Virus record (IMG/VR): IMGVR_UViG_3300036761_001135 | Span: 64,001-128,000 of that record | Reading direction: 5' to 3' (one strand) | DNA: 64,000 bases | DNA from: a virus | Shown: positions 9,062-18,719 of the stretch, piece after piece | How positions within the stretch are numbered: the first letter of the stretch is position 1 | How the letters are laid out: every line of letters begins with the position of its first letter | Made by a program: the position numbers and the translations under genes | Notes under the pieces: model-generated | Database searches by the model: none | The model's input: the letters and a program-made list of their open reading frames with translations, nothing else | Told to the model about the DNA's origin: nothing

Positions 9062-12000
9062 ATGGAATTCACCTATCCGGGCGTCTATATCAAAGAGATT
9101 CCGAGCGGTCCGGGGCCGATCACTGGCGTTACGACGTCCAACATGGGGCTCATTGGGTTTACCACCCGAGGGCCTGTCGATCAGCCTGTCCTGGTAACAA
9201 GCTTCCAGGAGTTCACAACGAAGTTTGGCACTTTCACGGAGAAGGGTCTTGCGCCGACCATGGCGTATGCCTTCTTCCAGAACAGTGGCCAGCGCATGTA
9301 CATGGTGCGCGTATGCCATGACGACGCTGCGAAGTCCCTGTGGGATTACGAGATCGATCAGACCGGCGAGATTCTTGGAATCACGGCGGTCCCGAGCGGA
9401 CTGTACGATCTCCAACTCGACCACATGCCTGTCAAGGAGACCGTCCCTGGCAGCGTGACGATCACCTTCCCGAACGCGTCGGTCCCTGGAAACACCAACG
9501 TGTTTCGGGATGACGGAGCCGGATCTTTCGTTTCGGTTGGCGCGGGATCTGGTGGCTCTGGGTCCATCGACTACGTGACCGGCGAGGTGTCGATCCAGTT
9601 GGCGGTTCCCGGTGAGTTCACCGGAGCGCCGAACTCGATCACGGCGGCTTACACGTATCGCGTCTTGCGCTTCGAGATGAAGTGGCCGGGCGTGGTCGGC
9701 GACAACTTCCGCGTGCAACTCCAGAACGGCAGCGACGACTACATGGTCTCCGCACAGGCCAGGTGGACGCGGCATACCGCAGTTGTGCAGGAAGACCTAA
9801 ACGGCGATCCGCTGAATCGATCCTGGTCCACGTTGGAGACATTCGCGGACGTGGTGCTCGACGATCCGACCAGCAAGAACTACATCGTGCTCGTCATGAA
9901 CGATGCGATCAACGGGTCGCAGTACGTTCGCGTCACGGACTACGGCAATCAGATCAATCCGCCGGAGCTGGCAGGCGATGCCATCACGGGCGAGGATCTC
10001 TCGTCGATGCAGCAGCACAGCGATGGATCTGGCACCGTGCCGGCCGCTTACGACGGTGTTTGGAAGGGCTGGAAGTACATCCTCGCCAACGAGGTATCTC
10101 CGACCACGTTGAAGGCGGAGTTCCAATTCGTCGAGGGCAATCCGTCGAGCCCTGGAGGCCCGCTGGCGCTGTCCATCGGAATTGGCGCGAGCCCGGCTTC
10201 GGCGGTTCCGATCCTCACCTGGCAGCAGGCGGCGGTGGATGCGAACAGCGTCCAAATCACCTGCACGCTGACGGGAGCGGGAGCCACCACGTTGACCGAC
10301 GACGGTGCTTCGCACATCATGTCCGGCGCGACCCAGGTCGGCACGGTGAACTACACGACCGGAGCCATCGTTCTCGACATCACGCCCATGGCGGACACCT
10401 TCGTGGCGAACAGCCCGCTGCTTCTGGATTGCGTCTATGCGCAGCCTGTGACGGTGGGAGACGACGGACAGGGCAATGCGTACATCGTCGATCCGGCGTT
10501 GCTGACCCCGCCGCTCGTTGGCGTCCCCGGGAAGTTCCAACTCAACGCCTCTGGCACGAACACCATCGACTATGACTCGGGCGAGCTGACTCTCACCTGG
10601 AAGATTTCCGGGAATCCCGGTGCTGGTCCTTGCGGCGTGGCGACCTCGCCCACGGCAGCGGCCAAGGTCGGCGCAGTTGGCCCCTACAACCTGAACACGG
10701 GCAACTCCTTCTCGGTCAAGGTGAACGGTGCTGGCGCGGTGGCGGTGGCCTTCACGGGCACGAAGGCGACTCGGGTTGGCGGTGCGGTGTTCCCGATTGT
10801 CGCCACGACGGGCGGCGAGAACTGCACCATCGTGATCGACGGAAACTCCTACGTAGTCACGGCGGGCGCGGGACTCACGCTGGCCCTGGAGATCGCCAAC
10901 CTAATCAACGGCGTGATCTCCGGCGGTAGCGCGGTGGAGACCGGCGGCGGCACGGGCGTGGATATCAAGTCCGACAGCGCGGGCACGGGATCGTCGGTGC
11001 AGATCATCGCGGGGTCTCCGAACCTGGCGACGCTCATCGGGCATACGGCGGGCACCACGGCTGGCACGGGCAACGTGGCCAACATCGACGCGGTGTTGAA
11101 CACAGAGGTGAAGGCGGCGGTGGAGCTGGCGACCACGGCGGACGTGACGGCCAACATCGACGGGTCGTTCACGATCACGTCTCCGACCACAGGCGTTCTT
11201 TCCGAGCTGGACTTCACGGTGGGCCTGACGGCGTTGGGCATCACGGTAGAGACCATCAACGGAACGGACGGCTTTGGTGGCGGCCAGACGGCGGACTACT
11301 ACACCGTTCCACAGAGCAGCATCTTGGGCCTGCTTGATGGCGGATCGGACGGCAGCGCCACGGATTCGGACGACATCGTGAGCCCGCTACTCGCGGCGGA
11401 CATGCGAGCCCTGTACAGCTTTGGCCAGGTGGATGAGTTGATGCAGCTTGTGGCTGCGGATTTCCAGACGGATACCTACGTCATCGACACCTTGCTCACC
11501 TACGCCGAGTTGATGAAGGACAAGTTCGTCATCGGGTCGGTGCCATTTGGCATGGAGTACCAGACGGCTGTGACCTGGAAGCGGTTCACCTTGAATCGCT
11601 ACTCCAGCTTTGGAGCGATCTACTACCCCCACGTCAAGATCCGCGACCCGCTCACGGGCACCAACGTAGACGTGCCACCGGGCGGCCACGTTGCGGGCGT
11701 CTATGCTCGCACCGATGCGGCGAAGAACGTGGGCAAGGCTCCGGCGGGCATCGAGGACGGGGCGCTGGCATGGGCCACGGGCCTGGAGTACACGTTGACT
11801 CCTGCGCAGGTGGGCGTGTTGAACGAGAACAAGATCAACTGCCTTGTGCAGTGGCCGCAGACGGGACGTGTGGTTTGGGGCGCGCGGTCACTGGATGCTT
11901 CCGGCGGTGAGTGGCCGTACCTCCAGATGCGGCGCTTGTTCATGTTCGTGGAGAAGAGCGTCTTCAAATCGACACACGTTCATGTCTTCAAGAACAACGG

Positions 12001-12235
12001 GCCACAACTTTGGAACGACATCAGTACGCAGTTGGTGACGTTCTTGGCTGGCCTCCAGCAGGGCGGCTACTTCGCGGGGAATACCCCGGAGGAATCGTTC
12101 TTTGTGGTGTGCAATCGCACCAACAACCCGCAGAACACGGTCGATCAGGGCATCGTGTACTGCGACGTTGGCATCGCAGCGAACAAGCCGGCGGAATTCT
12201 TGGTCTTCAGGTTCTCACAAAAAAGTTTGAAGTAA
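9062..12235 (+). CDS. gp18: Contractile tail sheath protein with a large central insertion
   Basis: N-terminal 'YPGVYIKEIPSG..ITGVTTS..GFTTRGP'; C-terminal 'VPPGGHVAGVYARTD..KAPAG..WGARSL..YLQMRRLF..VGIAANKPAEFLVFRF'. Confidence 0.97.
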   Translation: MEFTYPGVYIKEIPSGPGPITGVTTSNMGLIGFTTRGPVDQPVLVTSFQEFTTKFGTFTEKGLAPTMAYAFFQNSGQRMYMVRVCHDDAAKSLWDYEIDQTGEILGITAVPSGLYDLQLDHMPVKETVPGSVTITFPNASVPGNTNVFRDDGAGSFVSVGAGSGGSGSIDYVTGEVSIQLAVPGEFTGAPNSITAAYTYRVLRFEMKWPGVVGDNFRVQLQNGSDDYMVSAQARWTRHTAVVQEDLNGDPLNRSWSTLETFADVVLDDPTSKNYIVLVMNDAINGSQYVRVTDYGNQINPPELAGDAITGEDLSSMQQHSDGSGTVPAAYDGVWKGWKYILANEVSPTTLKAEFQFVEGNPSSPGGPLALSIGIGASPASAVPILTWQQAAVDANSVQITCTLTGAGATTLTDDGASHIMSGATQVGTVNYTTGAIVLDITPMADTFVANSPLLLDCVYAQPVTVGDDGQGNAYIVDPALLTPPLVGVPGKFQLNASGTNTIDYDSGELTLTWKISGNPGAGPCGVATSPTAAAKVGAVGPYNLNTGNSFSVKVNGAGAVAVAFTGTKATRVGGAVFPIVATTGGENCTIVIDGNSYVVTAGAGLTLALEIANLINGVISGGSAVETGGGTGVDIKSDSAGTGSSVQIIAGSPNLATLIGHTAGTTAGTGNVANIDAVLNTEVKAAVELATTADVTANIDGSFTITSPTTGVLSELDFTVGLTALGITVETINGTDGFGGGQTADYYTVPQSSILGLLDGGSDGSATDSDDIVSPLLAADMRALYSFGQVDELMQLVAADFQTDTYVIDTLLTYAELMKDKFVIGSVPFGMEYQTAVTWKRFTLNRYSSFGAIYYPHVKIRDPLTGTNVDVPPGGHVAGVYARTDAAKNVGKAPAGIEDGALAWATGLEYTLTPAQVGVLNENKINCLVQWPQTGRVVWGARSLDASGGEWPYLQMRRLFMFVEKSVFKSTHVHVFKNNGPQLWNDISTQLVTFLAGLQQGGYFAGNTPEESFFVVCNRTNNPQNTVDQGIVYCDVGIAANKPAEFLVFRFSQKSLK

Positions 12236-12258
12236 ATCAACAGGTTAGGAGCGAAAAT

Positions 12259-12750
12259 ATGAGCGAGATTCGTCGAATCCCCCAAGTCCTGTTGCAGGCT
12301 GTGAACAATGGCGGCAGCGTCAGTGGTGTGGCCCCCGGCGGAGGGGCGATGGTGGACAGCGGCGAGACTCTGTTCAGCGGGCAGTACCGCAAGTGGACCG
12401 CCTGTGCGGTGGCTGGGTTGTTCCAACTGCCGGCCGTGTTGAATTATGGTTGGCGGTTGGAGCGCTTGGTATGGAGCCTGCCGGGCGTAGGCGGGATCAA
12501 GGTCAACCTGATCGATGATGATGCCGTGTCCTACGAACTGGCCGCGATCACGGCGGTGGCGGGCCAGTACACCCCGCAGGAGAACGGCGGGTTGCTCGTG
12601 CTTCCTGGGTGGGCGATTCAGGTGGTTGGCACGAACGCCCTGTCGGGCGCGGGCCGGCTGGTCGCGTTCGCGTCGTCGGGTTGGCGGACGGACGCATTTG
12701 AAGTCAAAGTGTTGGGCGAGGGCTTGCTCCCTCCGCCTAAGCAGCCGTAG
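12259..12750 (+). CDS. Hypothetical protein between sheath and tube genes
   Basis: AGGAG SD before ATG 12259 (MSEIRRIP...). Confidence 0.7.
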   Translation: MSEIRRIPQVLLQAVNNGGSVSGVAPGGGAMVDSGETLFSGQYRKWTACAVAGLFQLPAVLNYGWRLERLVWSLPGVGGIKVNLIDDDAVSYELAAITAVAGQYTPQENGGLLVLPGWAIQVVGTNALSGAGRLVAFASSGWRTDAFEVKVLGEGLLPPPKQP

Positions 12751-12768
12751 GGCGGCGAGGAGAATACG

Positions 12769-13308
12769 ATGCGCGCAGCAGTAGACGATCTGATGCAGGG
12801 ATTCCGATTCCACGTCCGTGGCAAGAACCGCGATGGCAAGGATCTTCTCCAGCCTGGGTTCATCCGTGGTGCGGAAGGCGGCGAGCCGTTCGAGGGCGGG
12901 GCAGAGGCAGGGTTCCAGAGCGTGACCTTGCCCGAGCTGTCGTTGGAGCCGGTGGAGTACCGTGAGGGCACCTTCACCTGGACGCAGAAGTACCCTGGCC
13001 CCCCGACCGTGAGCGACTGCACGCTGATGCGCGGCATCGCCAAGAAGGACACCGCGTTCTTCGACTGGGTTTACGGGGCAGTGACGGGCGTCGAGTACCG
13101 CATGGACGTCACGATCTGGCATTACCAGAGGGCAGAGATGGGCAGCGCATCGAAGTCGGCGACCAGTACCGACATGCGGCGGGTACTTTGCCACAACTGC
13201 GCTCCGACGCGGGCCAAGCCGGCGGCGGATTTCGATTCGATGTCTGGCGAGGTATCGCTGGCCGAGGTGGACTTCGCGTTGGAGAGCTTCGAACTGCTGA
13301 CCAAATAG
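12769..13308 (+). CDS. gp19: Tail tube protein (T4 gp19/Afp1-like)
   Basis: 'FRFHV..AGFQSVTLPE..VEYREG..KYPG..TLMRG..FFDW' motif. Confidence 0.92.
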   Translation: MRAAVDDLMQGFRFHVRGKNRDGKDLLQPGFIRGAEGGEPFEGGAEAGFQSVTLPELSLEPVEYREGTFTWTQKYPGPPTVSDCTLMRGIAKKDTAFFDWVYGAVTGVEYRMDVTIWHYQRAEMGSASKSATSTDMRRVLCHNCAPTRAKPAADFDSMSGEVSLAEVDFALESFELLTK

Positions 13309-13347
13309 AACACGAGGCGGCGGGCGAGGAGGCCGCGTGATACCCCC

Positions 13348-13911
13348 ATGCCGAGTCGCCATCCATTGGAAGATCTGCTTCAGTCCTACCGCTTTTGGCT
13401 GGTAGACATGATCCCTTCCTCGACGTTTCCGTTCTACGTGATGGGAGCCCCTATCATGGGATTCCAGTCGATCACGATGCCGGAGGTGACGCTTGAGGTG
13501 GACGAGATCAAGCAGGTCAATTCCATGTACAAGCGGTACGCCTACAGCGGCGGGAGTGTGGGACAGATCACGCTAACGCGAGGTGCGCGGGCGTATGACG
13601 ACACGTTCATGATGTGGGTAGAGCGGGCGATTCGTGGGTACGACATGGTGCCGCGCAACCTGCTGCTGTTGCAGTACACGAACATCAACGTGGCGAACGC
13701 CATGGGGGTGAGTGTGGACCTGCCCGTGGCCATTGAGGCGTGGGAGGTTGCGCAGTTCCTGCCGGGCCGAGCTTGGTTGCTGTGGGACGTGATACCGATC
13801 CGCTACAAGGCGGGGTCGGACCTGGACGCGATGACGGGGGATGTGAGCATTATGGAACTCGATGTGCAAGCTCACGCGGTGAACGAGTTCGCTTTACTAA
13901 GCGTGACGTGA
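13348..13911 (+). CDS. Second tail tube-family protein (gp19/Afp5-like)
   Basis: 'YRFWL..GFQSITMPE..ITLTRG..W..PIRYKAGSDLDA..VSIMEL'. Confidence 0.85.
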   Translation: MPSRHPLEDLLQSYRFWLVDMIPSSTFPFYVMGAPIMGFQSITMPEVTLEVDEIKQVNSMYKRYAYSGGSVGQITLTRGARAYDDTFMMWVERAIRGYDMVPRNLLLLQYTNINVANAMGVSVDLPVAIEAWEVAQFLPGRAWLLWDVIPIRYKAGSDLDAMTGDVSIMELDVQAHAVNEFALLSVT

Positions 13912-13918
13912 GGAGGAC

Positions 13919-15454
13919 GTGATGAGACGACTGATTAAGAGACTCAACCATCTGATGGCTTCCGCGAGAGAGATTCAATACGAGGGCAAGGGCGAGAAGG
14001 CGGCGGCGGAAGAAGCCAGGCGCATCGTCAATCTCCTTTCCGTCATGATGGAGCAGGCTGGGTACGAGATTGAGTATTCGTCGAAGGCCGACGAGTGGGT
14101 GGTGTGGGTCGATGGGAAGACCGGCGGTGCTGTGACGCTGTGGAAGAACCCCAAGGGCGACTGGCAGTTGATCAGCGGCGTGCCGGAGATGGCCAAGCTG
14201 AGCAAGAAGCCGTATTCGCACAAGATCGACTTGCTCCGCGATCCGAAGCGCAAGGAGAACCGGGAGGCGTTGCGGTCTGCGACCTTGATAGCCGGAAAGA
14301 TCATGGACAAGACGCGGGATGGGACGCTGACCACGGACTTCTCGCCCAAGTTTTCGACGGCGATACGGGCACGCAAGGACATGGTGGATCCTGGCGGGGC
14401 ATCGGCGATGGGCGAAGAGATGGCGTTTGACATGCACAAGCAGGCCAAGGCGCTGTACCTCAAGGGCTGGGACGAGCACCCGAGCCCGAATGGCAAGCGG
14501 ACGGCCTACGGGCGGACCTTCAAGTTGGGGTCAGTTGACGTGCCGCTGCGCATTATCCAGGAGGACGATGCGGGGAAGGCGTGGCGCGTAGACCGCAAGG
14601 GGCTGCCCACCTGGGAGGCGATGTTTGACGGCAAGGAGTTCAAGTCGGCGGCAGCGGCGGGGCAGGCTGTAGCCGGTTGGTGGAAGCAGGTCGAGGCGGC
14701 ATTCGAGAAGTTGACCAAGGATGGGTACAGAGCGCACGAGGCGGCCTTCAAGGCGCTGTCCAAGGTACGGGAAGAGGACGTGGCGCGGGAGGGGCGAGCG
14801 GAGCTGCCCGAGGCCGAGGAGATGCTCTACGTGGACCAGCAGGCGGGGTTGGCAGTGGGGCAGACCATCGAGCGGGACAACTTACGCATGCACCGCTTCA
14901 ATTCCAGCCTGCGCGTGACGGACGTCACCAATGCGGGGAAGCGTGGCAAGAAGTGTCCCGAGTTCGCCCTGTACAACCTGGACTACGGCCAGCGCGATCC
15001 CAAGGACGTGGCGAAGATCAACGAGGCTTTGAAGGCCATCGTGAAGGCGAAGACCTACGCGCAGGCGGTGGCCATCGCCCGTGGGGTAGCGGCGAAGGAT
15101 TCGCAGCGTGGGATGTCGTTTGCGAGTATTGAGGAGCGCGATCTTCGCGGGGTAGACGTGGAGCCCATGGCTCCGTCTGCTGGGTCCGCGATCCAAGTCG
15201 AGACGCCCACGTTCACGCTGAAGGCGTCGCGCACGGAGTTCGACGTGATGGAGAAGCCACGACCGGGCACGGACGGCCAGGACGTGACGGCGGTGATTCC
15301 GCCGGTGGGCGGCGCGAAGAAGACGGCGATTGCGCGGTTCTATGCGTGGGTGGGATCGCACCAGGCGGAGATCAAGGGCATGACGTTCCGGGAGCTGCTG
15401 CGGGCGATGGCGGCAGCGGATCTGGACTATCACGCTTTTAGCATGTTGGACTGA
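13919..15454 (+). CDS. Hypothetical multi-segment protein; first member of the leader array
   Basis: 511 aa; starts MRRLIKRL; GAGGAGG SD. Confidence 0.75.
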   Translation: MMRRLIKRLNHLMASAREIQYEGKGEKAAAEEARRIVNLLSVMMEQAGYEIEYSSKADEWVVWVDGKTGGAVTLWKNPKGDWQLISGVPEMAKLSKKPYSHKIDLLRDPKRKENREALRSATLIAGKIMDKTRDGTLTTDFSPKFSTAIRARKDMVDPGGASAMGEEMAFDMHKQAKALYLKGWDEHPSPNGKRTAYGRTFKLGSVDVPLRIIQEDDAGKAWRVDRKGLPTWEAMFDGKEFKSAAAAGQAVAGWWKQVEAAFEKLTKDGYRAHEAAFKALSKVREEDVAREGRAELPEAEEMLYVDQQAGLAVGQTIERDNLRMHRFNSSLRVTDVTNAGKRGKKCPEFALYNLDYGQRDPKDVAKINEALKAIVKAKTYAQAVAIARGVAAKDSQRGMSFASIEERDLRGVDVEPMAPSAGSAIQVETPTFTLKASRTEFDVMEKPRPGTDGQDVTAVIPPVGGAKKTAIARFYAWVGSHQAEIKGMTFRELLRAMAAADLDYHAFSMLD

Positions 15455-15466
15455 AGGAGCACGGCC

Positions 15467-16243
15467 ATGACGACCATGAACGATCTGTTTGAGAGCATGG
15501 AGACTGCCCAGGATGAGGCGGAGTTCTTCGATGCGATCCTTGAGGCCGACGACGATCTCCTGGACGAGGTGTTCGACGAGGAAGACGTGGAGCGCCTGGA
15601 GATCTTTGCCCAGCTCATTGGTGCGGCAGAGGCCGGGGCGCTATCCGAAGACCAGGACGACATGTTGGAGGGTTTTCGGAGTTGGATGGCCAAGAAGAAG
15701 ACGCAGATTGCGGGCAAGCTGCCGCCGGGCGCGAAGATGGTGTTCGGCAAGATCGTGAAGGGCGGCAAGGTGGTGGGGGGAGCGGCCAAGAAGGCCGTGG
15801 CGGGGGCGCAGAAGGCGGTCCAGAAGGGTGTGGCGGCCAAGCGGGCGGTGCAGGGCGCGGCGTATCGGTTCACGGACGCGGGCAAGAAGGCCCATGCGGC
15901 GGCGAAGAAGGTGGCGGACACCAAGGGGCGCAAGGCGGGGGACGCGGCGTGGAAGGCTTCCAGGGAAACCTACAAGAAGCACATCAAGGGTGGCGAGAGC
16001 CATACCTATGCCACGGCGCAGGCGCAGAAGGCTGCGTCCCGATTCGGCGGGGAAAAGTCGAAGGCGAAGGCCAAGCCGACCGCTCCTGTGGAGGTCGAAA
16101 AACCCAAGCCGAAGGCTGGGAAGGGCACTCGGAAGAAGACGTCGGTTGCTCCACCCCCTGCGGCAGAGGCACCAGTGAAGAAGACGCGGAAGCGCAAGCC
16201 GAAGATGGAAGACGTGTTTGCCTATGTGCAGGCCGAAGCATAG
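15467..16243 (+). CDS. Acidic N-terminus plus Lys/Ala-rich histone-H1-like protein; leader array member
   Basis: MTTMNDLFES start; ~65 acidic residues, then a strongly basic K/A-rich region. Confidence 0.75.
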   Translation: MTTMNDLFESMETAQDEAEFFDAILEADDDLLDEVFDEEDVERLEIFAQLIGAAEAGALSEDQDDMLEGFRSWMAKKKTQIAGKLPPGAKMVFGKIVKGGKVVGGAAKKAVAGAQKAVQKGVAAKRAVQGAAYRFTDAGKKAHAAAKKVADTKGRKAGDAAWKASRETYKKHIKGGESHTYATAQAQKAASRFGGEKSKAKAKPTAPVEVEKPKPKAGKGTRKKTSVAPPPAAEAPVKKTRKRKPKMEDVFAYVQAEA

Positions 16244-16263
16244 ACGCGAACCTGGGTTCGCCT
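16244..16263. repeat. Palindromic repeat copy 3
   Basis: ACGCGAACCTGGGTTCGCCT directly after TAG and directly before GGAGG. Confidence 0.9.
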
Positions 16264-16273
16264 GGAGGATGAT

Positions 16274-16588
16274 ATGACGACGATGCGGACACTGATCGGG
16301 CGGTTGGAAGAGGGTTCGGATCTGACCGAGCGTGCGGAGATCTTGATCAAGGGCGATATGCAGGCGGTCAAGAAGAGCATCATAGATGCCGTCATGGACA
16401 AGATTGCCATGTCTGGCGTGTATCTCGTGGTGGAAATCAGCCACGACGGCAAGCGGTTTAAGGTGTCTGGAACGGTTAGCGGGGTGGCGGATTTTATTGC
16501 TAGATCCAAGCCTCCGGTTGAGGATGTCAAGATCGTGGAGATCTCGACGGATCGCAACTGGACGCGGAGCAAAGCCGAAGAGGTGTGA
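16274..16588 (+). CDS. Hypothetical protein; leader array member
   Basis: MTTMRTLIGRLEEG start. Confidence 0.75.
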   Translation: MTTMRTLIGRLEEGSDLTERAEILIKGDMQAVKKSIIDAVMDKIAMSGVYLVVEISHDGKRFKVSGTVSGVADFIARSKPPVEDVKIVEISTDRNWTRSKAEEV

Positions 16589-16591
16589 CCC

Positions 16592-17185
16592 ATGACGACG
16601 ATGCGACGACTATCCGGCCTGTTGACCGAGGCGACCATGAAGCGGCAGGGCCAGATCTTGCCGACCGAGCAGCGGGACTACGGGTACTTCGGGCGGATCG
16701 AGTTCCGGTTTGAAAATGCGGACGAGATCTGGGCGGAGACGTTTCGCATGATCATGTCTGAGATGCCAGACGTATCTTCGGCGGCGATTCGGAACTACCT
16801 GGACTCGAAGAGTGGGATGAACTTTGGCGATCTGGTGGCGGCGGAATTGAAGGACACGTTGCCGACCCCGGATACGGCTGCGTATGGCCGGGTGTTCAAT
16901 CCCAGGATGGCGGACGTGAAGCGCATCGTGGCGTCTGTGTTTGGAAAAACTGCCTGGGTACGGAAGCACATCGAGGCGTATGCCAAGGACCAGGACAGCA
17001 CCACCAGCGGGACGATGTCGGACATTGGCCGGTGGGTGAACGCCGCTGTCGATGCGTTTGAGCTAGCACAGGACCAGGAGAAGAAGAAGAACTGGAAACA
17101 GCGGGATGCGGCTCTGCACAGCTTGCAGAAGGCGGCGGACCAGTTGCTTACAACGTCCCGTGCTTGGATGGCGCAGCGTAGGTAA
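16592..17185 (+). CDS. Hypothetical protein; leader array member, paralog of 17234-17854
   Basis: MTTMRRLSGLLTEA start; shares 'RQGQILPTE' and the C-terminal 'SRAWMAQRR' with the next gene. Confidence 0.8.
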   Translation: MTTMRRLSGLLTEATMKRQGQILPTEQRDYGYFGRIEFRFENADEIWAETFRMIMSEMPDVSSAAIRNYLDSKSGMNFGDLVAAELKDTLPTPDTAAYGRVFNPRMADVKRIVASVFGKTAWVRKHIEAYAKDQDSTTSGTMSDIGRWVNAAVDAFELAQDQEKKKNWKQRDAALHSLQKAADQLLTTSRAWMAQRR

Positions 17186-17200
17186 CAGGCAGCGGAGTAG

Positions 17201-17220
17201 ACACGAACCTGGGTTCGCCT
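17201..17220. repeat. Palindromic repeat copy 4
   Basis: ACACGAACCTGGGTTCGCCT, followed by GAAGGAG. Confidence 0.9.
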
Positions 17221-17233
17221 GAAGGAGATCGGC

Positions 17234-17854
17234 ATGGGAAATCTAGGACGGCTAGGCATTCGATTGATGAACGAGTCCTACGGGATCTTTTCGAATGCAA
17301 AAGTGGTGCGCCAGGGGCAGATTCTTCCGACGGAGAATACGTTTAATGGGTACTACGGCGCTCTGGACCATGTGTTGGGGGATATGAAGGCTGCGACCCG
17401 CGTTTGGAACGAGACGTTTTCGATTCTCATATCGGCATATCCAGATGTCGATTCTCAATCCATCAGGGATTTCCTTGATGGAGATGGTGGCCGTCGCTTG
17501 GGAGATGTCGTGATCGACGGATTCATTGACAACATGGGTGCCGCCTATGATTCGCTGGATGAGCATCCGGTCATCGCTCCCGAAGCTGCACGCATGAAGA
17601 GAATGCTATCGGCAGAGATCGCCAGACAGAAGTGGATTTCGAAGGAACTGGAACAATCTCCAATGAGTTCCACAAATGGTTCTTTGAAGAGCGTGGAGTC
17701 AGTGTTGGATCGGGCGAACTACGTTTGGGATGTGGTTAGGTCAGAGGAACAGAAGAAAAACTGGAAAGAGCGAGACAAGGCCATGCACGATCTTCAGAAG
17801 ACGGCAGATGTGCTGTCCACTGTTTCTCGGGCCTGGATGGCACAGAGGAGGTAG
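17234..17854 (+). CDS. Hypothetical protein, paralog of 16592-17185
   Basis: Shared RQGQILPTE, IR.(F/Y)LD...G..GD and KKNWK.RD.A.H.LQK.AD motifs. Confidence 0.8.
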   Translation: MGNLGRLGIRLMNESYGIFSNAKVVRQGQILPTENTFNGYYGALDHVLGDMKAATRVWNETFSILISAYPDVDSQSIRDFLDGDGGRRLGDVVIDGFIDNMGAAYDSLDEHPVIAPEAARMKRMLSAEIARQKWISKELEQSPMSSTNGSLKSVESVLDRANYVWDVVRSEEQKKNWKERDKAMHDLQKTADVLSTVSRAWMAQRR

Positions 17855-17858
17855 GGCT

Positions 17859-18197
17859 ATGACGACAATGCGAGACATTTTTGAGTCAGTTAGGTACATG
17901 CGTATCTTGAATTTATTGGGTGGTATTGAGGGTTTGGAGTCGGCCATCAAGGCGTCGAATTTCCAGGAGATGGCTGGGAGTCCAGGTGTTGAATTCAGGT
18001 TTGTCGTAGCGAACAAGAGCGGACATGCCACCATCTTCTGGCAGGACATGGCACCGAAGGGGGGGTACTACGTGATTGAGCTACGGAAGTCGGTGTCGTC
18101 CAGTGAGCCCTATGATGTTGGGGATCGGATATCCGAGGGGGACTTGCGGAAAGAATTTTACAAAATGGTAGGTGTGCCAGCGCCTAAACAAGGCTAA
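17859..18197 (+). CDS. Hypothetical protein; leader array member
   Basis: MTTMRDIFES start at ATG 17859. Confidence 0.75.
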   Translation: MTTMRDIFESVRYMRILNLLGGIEGLESAIKASNFQEMAGSPGVEFRFVVANKSGHATIFWQDMAPKGGYYVIELRKSVSSSEPYDVGDRISEGDLRKEFYKMVGVPAPKQG

Positions 18198-18218
18198 CCG
18201 ATGAGCGGAGGCAGTGTC

Positions 18219-18524
18219 ATGACGAAAATGAGATCATTGATTGGAGAATTGTCAGAGGTTGTTTCGCCAATGAGGAAATCAGCTTTTACAAAAATGATCA
18301 ACAAAGGAGACAGGGGTGACGTTGTCATCTTGGATTTTGATTCCATACGAAGGCTGGAAACTAACTGCAACAAACTTGCAGATCAAATCAGTGAATTGAA
18401 AGACATTGTTCATGACGGAGTAGATTCTAATGATGCAGCGCAGATGCGAAAATACAAGATGTTGTTTAAGGATATGAAGGATGTGAAGGTTGAGATGGAT
18501 GTATTATGGAGTGCGTTGCTTTGA
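18219..18524 (+). CDS. Hypothetical protein (AT-rich); leader array member
   Basis: MTKMRSLIGELSE start with a GGAGG SD. Confidence 0.7.
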   Translation: MTKMRSLIGELSEVVSPMRKSAFTKMINKGDRGDVVILDFDSIRRLETNCNKLADQISELKDIVHDGVDSNDAAQMRKYKMLFKDMKDVKVEMDVLWSALL

Positions 18525-18543
18525 TCTATTCTGAGGTGATATT

Positions 18544-18711
18544 ATGACGACGATGTGGGACATATTCGAGGCGATATCGAAGAAGATCGGTCCCGACAAG
18601 TTTGAGTTCAAGGGCAAGAAGGGTCACTGGCGCACGGTGCGTGGGAGCCAGGTCTTCTTTCCAGATGACGGGTCTGAGCCCATGGGCCTTCCGAAGGCCA
18701 TGCGGAGGTAG
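18544..18711 (+). CDS. 55-aa protein absent from the ORF track; leader array member
   Basis: GAGGTG SD; MTTMWDIFEAISKKIGPDKFEFKGKKGHWRTVRGSQVFFPDDG... Confidence 0.75.
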   Translation: MTTMWDIFEAISKKIGPDKFEFKGKKGHWRTVRGSQVFFPDDGSEPMGLPKAMRR

Positions 18712-18719
18712 GGTCACTG

